The position numbers were made by a program, and so were the translations under genes. Positions 25,513 to 32,000 of a DNA stretch of 32,000 bases are shown here, in pieces. Every line of letters begins with the position of its first letter. The first letter of the stretch is position 1. The notes below the pieces were generated by a model. That model saw only the letters and a program-made list of their open reading frames with translations. It made no database searches and was not told the DNA's origin. The stretch is from Escherichia coli (GTDB lineage: Bacteria; Pseudomonadota; Gammaproteobacteria; Enterobacterales; Enterobacteriaceae). The DNA lies in NCBI RefSeq assembly GCF_015291785.1, contig NZ_CP031706.1; one strand, given 5' to 3'.

Positions 25513-25618
25513 AAATGCTCCCGGCAGGATGTATATAATTTTTTTTCATAGTATATAGTCCTTAAATAATGAATAACCAACCTATTTTTACATTGATCAA
25601 ATTCGTCATTTTTTCGGG

Positions 25619-25987
25619 TCAGAATTCACAGGTAAAATCCATCCCAACAAAATTCTCATTAATATCTCTTATCCGAAACTCACTGCCATAAAGATTATTA
25701 ATTATCACTCTATATTTAACATTGTCCTGCAGATACGTATCAAAACTAAGTGCTGGCGCTCCTGGCTTTGAGGCATCATAGTTAATGTTAGACATATAGG
25801 CAATCATACGATTGAAGTTCGACTCTGCTATTTCATCGCAGTCACATTGACCCGTTGATATAAAGAAAGTGAGTGCCGCCATGGTAGACTCAAGCCTTTC
25901 TTTAAAAGAGTCGAAAGCCAGGCTTTTAATATTTAAATCACCATAATTACTCTGTATTAAGTTTGTAGAAAACATCTCCCGCCCCAT
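25619..25987 (-). pseudogene. ydjO: Possible 5' fragment of the ydjO locus (122-aa ORF MGREMFSTNLIQSNYGDLNIKSLAF...)
   Basis: Low-GC ORF in the ydjO position ending at TGA (25619-25621); the downstream ORF is separated by about 106 nt. Confidence 0.4.
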
Positions 25988-26233
25988 ATTGTTAACAAAA
26001 TTATTATCTCATTTAAATCTAAGTCACTTACAATATAAGTTTAAGAGCGACGCCACAGGATGAACTATCAAAAATAGCTCATCATGATTAGCAAAACTTA
26101 ACCATTTTAAAATAAATAAACAATTAAAGAAAAAAGATCACTTATTTATAGCAATAGCTCGTCAAAGGCAGCTTTTTGTTACAGGTGGTTTGAATGAATG
26201 TAGCAACGAAATGCAGAATTTCAGGTCATGTAA

Positions 26234-26252
26234 CTCCCGGCAAAACCGGGAG
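26234..26252. terminator. Perfect 7-bp inverted repeat 3' of cedA, terminator-like hairpin without a clear U-run
   Basis: CTCCCGG-CAAAA-CCGGGAG just beyond the cedA stop codon. Confidence 0.45.
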
Positions 26253-26263
26253 GTATGTAATCC

Positions 26264-26506
26264 TTACTCAGTCACTTCCCCTTCCTGGCGGATCTGATTT
26301 GCCCAACGTTGGGCAGATTCAGGCACAGTAAACGCCGGTGAGCGCAGAAATGACTCTCCCATCAGTACAAACGCAACATATTTGCCACGCAGCATCCAGA
26401 CATCACGAAACGAATCCATCTTTATCGCATGTTCTGGCGGCGCGGGTTCCGTGCGTGGGACATAGCTAATAATCTGGCGGTTTTGCTGGCGGAGCGGTTT
26501 CTTCAT
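26264..26506 (-). CDS. cedA: Cell division activator CedA (80 aa from MKKPLRQQ; the track start adds MRLVKPV)
   Basis: MKKPLRQQNRQIISYVPRTEPAPPEHAIKMDSFRDVWMLRGKYVAFVLMGESF. Confidence 0.95.
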   Translation of the reverse strand: MKKPLRQQNRQIISYVPRTEPAPPEHAIKMDSFRDVWMLRGKYVAFVLMGESFLRSPAFTVPESAQRWANQIRQEGEVTE

Positions 26507-26709
26507 TACTGGCTTCACTAAACGCATATTAAAAATTAGAAAAACTGTAGTTTAGCCGATTTAGCCCCTGTACGTCCCGCTTTGCGTGTATTTCATAACA
26601 CCGTTTCCAGAATAGTCTCCGAAGCGGGATCTGGCTGGTGGTCTATAGTTAGAGAGTTTTTTGACCAAAACAGCGGCCCTTTCAGTAATAAATTAAGGAG
26701 ACGAGTTCA

Positions 26710-28971
26710 ATGTCGCAACATAACGAAAAGAACCCACATCAGCACCAGTCACCACTACACGATTCCAGCGAAGCGAAACCGGGGATGGACTCACTGGCAC
26801 CTGAGGACGGATCTCATCGTCCAGCGGCTGAACCAACACCGCCAGGTGCACAACCTACCGCCCCTGGGAGCCTGAAAGCCCCTGATACACGTAACGAAAA
26901 ACTTAATTCTCTGGAAGACGTACGCAAAGGCAGTGAAAATTATGCGCTGACCACTAATCAGGGCGTGCGCATCGCCGATGATCAAAACTCACTGCGTGCC
27001 GGTAACCGTGGTCCAACGCTGCTGGAAGATTTTATTCTGCGCGAGAAAATCACCCACTTTGACCATGAGCGCATCCCGGAACGTATTGTTCATGCACGCG
27101 GATCAGCAGCTCACGGTTATTTCCAGCCATATAAAAGCTTAAGCGATATCACCAAAGCGGATTTCCTCTCAGATCCGAACAAAATCACCCCAGTATTTGT
27201 TAGGTTCTCTACCGTTCAGGGTGGTGCTGGCTCTGCCGATACCGTGCGTGATATCCGTGGCTTTGCCACCAAATTCTATACCGAAGAGGGTATTTTTGAC
27301 CTTGTTGGCAATAACACGCCAATCTTCTTTATCCAGGATGCGCATAAATTCCCCGATTTTGTTCATGCGGTAAAACCAGAACCACACTGGGCAATTCCAC
27401 AAGGGCAAAGCGCCCACGATACTTTCTGGGATTATGTTTCTCTGCAACCTGAAACTCTGCACAACGTGATGTGGGCGATGTCGGATCGCGGCATCCCCCG
27501 CAGTTACCGCACCATGGAAGGCTTCGGTATTCACACCTTCCGCCTGATTAATGCCGAAGGGAAGGCAACGTTTGTACGTTTCCACTGGAAACCACTGGCA
27601 GGTAAAGCCTCACTCGTTTGGGATGAAGCACAAAAACTAACCGGACGTGACCCGGACTTCCACCGCCGCGAGTTGTGGGAAGCCATTGAAGCAGGCGATT
27701 TTCCGGAATACGAACTGGGCTTCCAGTTGATTCCTGAAGAAGATGAATTCAAGTTCGACTTCGATCTTCTCGATCCAACCAAACTGATCCCGGAAGAACT
27801 GGTGCCCGTTCAGCGTGTCGGCAAAATGGTGCTCAATCGCAACCCGGATAACTTCTTTGCTGAAAACGAACAGGCGGCTTTCCATCCTGGGCATATCGTG
27901 CCGGGACTGGACTTCACCAACGATCCGCTGTTGCAGGGACGTTTGTTCTCCTATACCGATACACAAATCAGTCGTCTTGGTGGGCCGAATTTCCATGAGA
28001 TTCCGATTAACCGTCCGACCTGTCCTTACCACAACTTCCAGCGTGATGGCATGCATCGTATGGGGATCGACACTAACCCGGCGAATTACGAACCGAACTC
28101 GATCAACGATAACTGGCCGCGCGAAACACCGCCGGGACCGAAACGCGGCGGTTTTGAATCATATCAGGAACGCGTGGAAGGAAATAAAGTTCGTGAGCGC
28201 AGTCCATCGTTTGGCGAATATTATTCCCATCCGCGTCTGTTCTGGCTAAGTCAGACGCCATTCGAGCAGCGTCATATTGTCGATGGTTTCAGTTTTGAGT
28301 TAAGCAAAGTCGTTCGTCCGTATATTCGTGAGCGCGTTGTTGACCAGCTGGCGCATATTGATCTCACTCTGGCCCAGGCGGTGGCGAAAAATCTCGGTAT
28401 CGAACTGACTGACGACCAGCTGAATATCACCCCACCTCCAGACGTCAACGGTCTGAAAAAGGATCCATCCTTAAGTTTGTACGCCATTCCTGACGGTGAT
28501 GTGAAAGGTCGCGTGGTAGCGATTTTACTTAATGATGAAGTGAGATCGGCAGACCTTCTGGCCATTCTCAAGGCCCTGAAGGCCAAAGGCGTTCATGCCA
28601 AACTGCTCTACTCCCGAATGGGTGAAGTGACTGCGGATGACGGTACGGTGTTGCCTATAGCCGCTACCTTTGCCGGTGCGCCTTCGCTGACGGTCGATGC
28701 GGTCATTGTCCCTTGCGGCAATATCGCGGATATCGCTGACAACGGCGATGCCAACTACTACCTGATGGAAGCCTACAAACACCTTAAACCGATTGCGCTG
28801 GCGGGAGACGCACGCAAGTTTAAAGCAACTATCAAGGTCGCTGACCAGGGTGAAGAAGGGATTGTGGAAGCTGACAGCGCCGACGGTAGTTTTATGGATG
28901 AACTGTTAACGCTGATGGCAGCACACCGCGTGTGGTCACGCATTCCTAAGATTTACAAAATTCCGGCGTAA
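26710..28971 (+). CDS. katE: Catalase HPII (hydroperoxidase II), large-subunit clade
   Basis: 753-aa ORF; catalase core [45 protein letters not shown], heme-Tyr [13 protein letters not shown]; C-terminal flavodoxin-like domain. Confidence 0.99.
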   Translation: MSQHNEKNPHQHQSPLHDSSEAKPGMDSLAPEDGSHRPAAEPTPPGAQPTAPGSLKAPDTRNEKLNSLEDVRKGSENYALTTNQGVRIADDQNSLRAGNRGPTLLEDFILREKITHFDHERIPERIVHARGSAAHGYFQPYKSLSDITKADFLSDPNKITPVFVRFSTVQGGAGSADTVRDIRGFATKFYTEEGIFDLVGNNTPIFFIQDAHKFPDFVHAVKPEPHWAIPQGQSAHDTFWDYVSLQPETLHNVMWAMSDRGIPRSYRTMEGFGIHTFRLINAEGKATFVRFHWKPLAGKASLVWDEAQKLTGRDPDFHRRELWEAIEAGDFPEYELGFQLIPEEDEFKFDFDLLDPTKLIPEELVPVQRVGKMVLNRNPDNFFAENEQAAFHPGHIVPGLDFTNDPLLQGRLFSYTDTQISRLGGPNFHEIPINRPTCPYHNFQRDGMHRMGIDTNPANYEPNSINDNWPRETPPGPKRGGFESYQERVEGNKVRERSPSFGEYYSHPRLFWLSQTPFEQRHIVDGFSFELSKVVRPYIRERVVDQLAHIDLTLAQAVAKNLGIELTDDQLNITPPPDVNGLKKDPSLSLYAIPDGDVKGRVVAILLNDEVRSADLLAILKALKAKGVHAKLLYSRMGEVTADDGTVLPIAATFAGAPSLTVDAVIVPCGNIADIADNGDANYYLMEAYKHLKPIALAGDARKFKATIKVADQGEEGIVEADSADGSFMDELLTLMAAHRVWSRIPKIYKIPA

Positions 28972-28979
28972 ATATGGAT

Positions 28980-29007
28980 AAGGTCACGTCCCCTGGGGAG
29001 TGACCTT
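28980..29007. terminator. Bidirectional terminator between convergent katE and chbG
   Basis: AAGGTCACgTCCCC-T-GGGGAGTGACCTT hairpin in the convergent intergenic gap. Confidence 0.75.
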
Positions 29008-29017
29008 ACCACCTTAC

Positions 29018-29788
<771 letters not shown>

Positions 29789-31141
29789 TTAATGTGCTTT
29801 TTTAAGCTCTGCGATGCAGTCGGCAAAATTTGGCAGCCATTTCTCGTGCGCCAGAATCATCTCGCGTGCCAGCAGCTCAGCATCGCGATCGGAATGCACC
29901 AACGGACTAAGGTTTAGCGCCAGTAACACATCGTTAAATTCTCCGCTAAGTGCGGCGTTGCTGGCAGCAATCTCGAAGCCTTTAATGGTGTGAATCAGCC
30001 CCATCACTTTATCATCGAAATGCGTAATGCGCGGATGTGGCGTCGCGCCATCGCGCCCCAGCTTACAGGTCATTTCTACCGCCCAGTCTGCCGGAATATT
30101 ATCAATATGCCCATGATGCGGGATATTAACGTAATGTTCAGCTTGCTTGTCGTTGTAGATAGCGTTGATCACTTCGCACGCTGCATCAGAGTAATAAGCC
30201 CCACCGCGCTGTTCCAGTTCTTTCGGCTTAACTTTCAACTCCGGATTTTTATACAGCTCAAAAAGTTGTTTCTCGACTTTCTGTACTACCTGTGCTCGTG
30301 CGCCGCCTTTGTAGTATTCGCCCATTTCAATAGCCAGCATCTCTTTCTGCTTGAAGTAATACAGCAGATAAGAACATGGCAGCAGATTTAACGAACGAAT
30401 TAAGCCCTCACTAAATGGCAGATCGAAAATATTTTTTACAGAGGACGCTTTTAACTGCCCTGACGCCACACCATCAAGCAATTCGGCAAAGCGCGACTTG
30501 CCATTTACCAGCACATCCTTAATGAACACCATATGGTTGAGGCCGAACAGATCGATAGATAAATCATCGCTGTCTTTCAGCATCAGAACATCGCGAATAA
30601 ACATCTTCATGCCGATCGGAATATTACACACGCCGATAAAGCGTTTAAATCCGGTATGACGATAAACGGCTTCAGTGACCATTCCCGCCGGGTTAGTGAA
30701 GTTAATCACCCATGCATTCGGACAAAGTTCTTCGACATCTTTTACGATGTCAAAAATCACCGGAATGGTACGCAGACCTTTAAACAGACCCCCCGCGCCG
30801 TTGGTTTCCTGACCAAGATAACCATGACTTAATGGAATACGTTCATCCAGTTCGCGCGCCGGTAATTGGCCTACGCGCAGTTGGGTAGTAACGAAATCAG
30901 CATCTTTCAATGCTTCGCGGCGATCCAGCGTTTTATAAAGCTTCATCGGGACGCCAGCGTTATCAATCATCCGTTGGCAGAGTTCAAAAATGATATCCAG
31001 TTTCTCTTTACCATCTTCGACATCCACCAGCCATAATTCGCTGACCGGCAATTCGTGATAACGCTTAATAAATCCTTCCAGTAACTCCGGGGTATAGCTG
31101 CTCCCGCCACCAATAGTGACGACTTTTAATTTCTGGCTCAT
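29789..31141 (-). CDS. chbF: Diacetylchitobiose-6-phosphate hydrolase (GH4)
   Basis: 450-aa ORF with NAD-binding VTIGGGSSYTPELLEGF, NFTNPAGMVTEAV and GVCNIPIG. Confidence 0.97.
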   Translation of the reverse strand: MSQKLKVVTIGGGSSYTPELLEGFIKRYHELPVSELWLVDVEDGKEKLDIIFELCQRMIDNAGVPMKLYKTLDRREALKDADFVTTQLRVGQLPARELDERIPLSHGYLGQETNGAGGLFKGLRTIPVIFDIVKDVEELCPNAWVINFTNPAGMVTEAVYRHTGFKRFIGVCNIPIGMKMFIRDVLMLKDSDDLSIDLFGLNHMVFIKDVLVNGKSRFAELLDGVASGQLKASSVKNIFDLPFSEGLIRSLNLLPCSYLLYYFKQKEMLAIEMGEYYKGGARAQVVQKVEKQLFELYKNPELKVKPKELEQRGGAYYSDAACEVINAIYNDKQAEHYVNIPHHGHIDNIPADWAVEMTCKLGRDGATPHPRITHFDDKVMGLIHTIKGFEIAASNAALSGEFNDVLLALNLSPLVHSDRDAELLAREMILAHEKWLPNFADCIAELKKAH

Positions 31142-31245
31142 AATTTCTCCCTTCAGTACAGAATACTGATATCTGGCATATCTGCCCCCCCGGACATAAA
31201 TAATCCAGCAACAGTACAGATATGTGAATTGTCAGGTATAACGAC

Positions 31246-32000
31246 TTACTGATTAAATTCAGTCAATTTCTTACGATAGCTCTTAGGCGTAAAGGACGTT
31301 AATTTCTTAAACGTTTTAATAAACAAACTCGGGCTACTATAACCGGCCTCAAACGCAATATCCGTCACGGAATAGTTGGTCATTTCCAGTTGTTTTTTGG
31401 CAAAATTAATACGGATCTCATTAATAATCTGCATTGGTGTTTTGCCATAATATCGTTGAGTCGCTCGCGTCAAATATTCCTGTGATTTGGCTGACAACGT
31501 CACCATATTCTCCAGCGCCGATTCACTAAACTGCTCTTTATCATGCATCTTTTCTACCGTACTTTTCAGCCACTGCGGTACATCATCAATCACCTGTTCT
31601 TCGCGGTAATGACGTAAACGGTTAATGACATAAAAAGTAACCATCTCAACAAACTCTTCCAGCCCTGTTTCGCGGAAATTCAATGAAGAAATCACTGTTT
31701 CCACATAGGTGAGAAAAGCGTTATTGGTCCGGTATACCTGCGAAGCGACAAAGCAATAAGGCAACAACGGCAGGTAATGCTGCTCAAAAAAGCGTTTACT
31801 GATCCCAACGTTCAATATACGCGTGGCACCAAACTCATAAAAACTTTGATGGTGCGAACCTAACGGAATAAAAACAAAATCGCCCCGTTCCAGTAACACG
31901 CGCTTACCGTTAATCTCCTGGAAATAACGCCCGGTTAATACCAGAGTAAATTCATAATAGTCGTGCTGATGCAGCCCGCTGATACTCTCAGTTTTGTTAT
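31246..32000 (-). CDS. chbR: AraC-family transcriptional regulator ChbR, 5' end truncated by the window edge
   Basis: The track ORF begins at internal GTG 31899, but the frame stays open to 32000 (...[40 protein letters not shown]). C-terminal AraC HTH: [33 protein letters not shown]. Confidence 0.95.
   Translation of the reverse strand, partial: NKTESISGLHQHDYYEFTLVLTGRYFQEINGKRVLLERGDFVFIPLGSHHQSFYEFGATRILNVGISKRFFEQHYLPLLPYCFVASQVYRTNNAFLTYVETVISSLNFRETGLEEFVEMVTFYVINRLRHYREEQVIDDVPQWLKSTVEKMHDKEQFSESALENMVTLSAKSQEYLTRATQRYYGKTPMQIINEIRINFAKKQLEMTNYSVTDIAFEAGYSSPSLFIKTFKKLTSFTPKSYRKKLTEFNQ

Noticed and set aside
27169-28249. Multiple antisense ORFs and alternative-frame ORFs inside katE
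   Set aside because: All lie within the well-supported katE frame and look like compositional artefacts.

Overview
Ordinary-looking Escherichia coli-type core chromosome. Gene order matches the K-12 ppsR-to-chbR neighbourhood: ppsR, aroH, ydiE, selO(ydiU), ydiV, nlpC, btuD-btuE-btuC, ihfA, pheT, pheS, pheM, rplT, rpmI, infC (AUU start), thrS, arpB, yniD, ydiY, pfkB, ydiZ, yniA, yniB, yniC, ydjM, tcyP, ydjO region, cedA, katE, chbG, chbF, chbR (runs off the right edge). Identification is by recognising the proteins and the gene order, not by a database search. The stand-out locus is 15937..17835. It is an uninterrupted 632-aa ArpB-type ORF, a locus I recall as a pseudogene in K-12. Its C-terminal half contains repeats with an exact 48-residue pitch, which is not the canonical ~33-aa ankyrin spacing. 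Its N-terminal half resembles the ShET2/EspL/OspD effector family and has an ordered Cys/His/Asp arrangement suggestive of a papain-like cysteine protease. Secondary points are an intrinsic-terminator-like hairpin in the ydiY 5' leader, a split or degenerate ydjO region, several leader-regulation elements (pheM attenuator, thrS operator, infC AUU start), and TrpR, Fur, LexA and Cra sites. No CRISPR array, insertion sequence, prophage, tRNA or rRNA gene was recognised.
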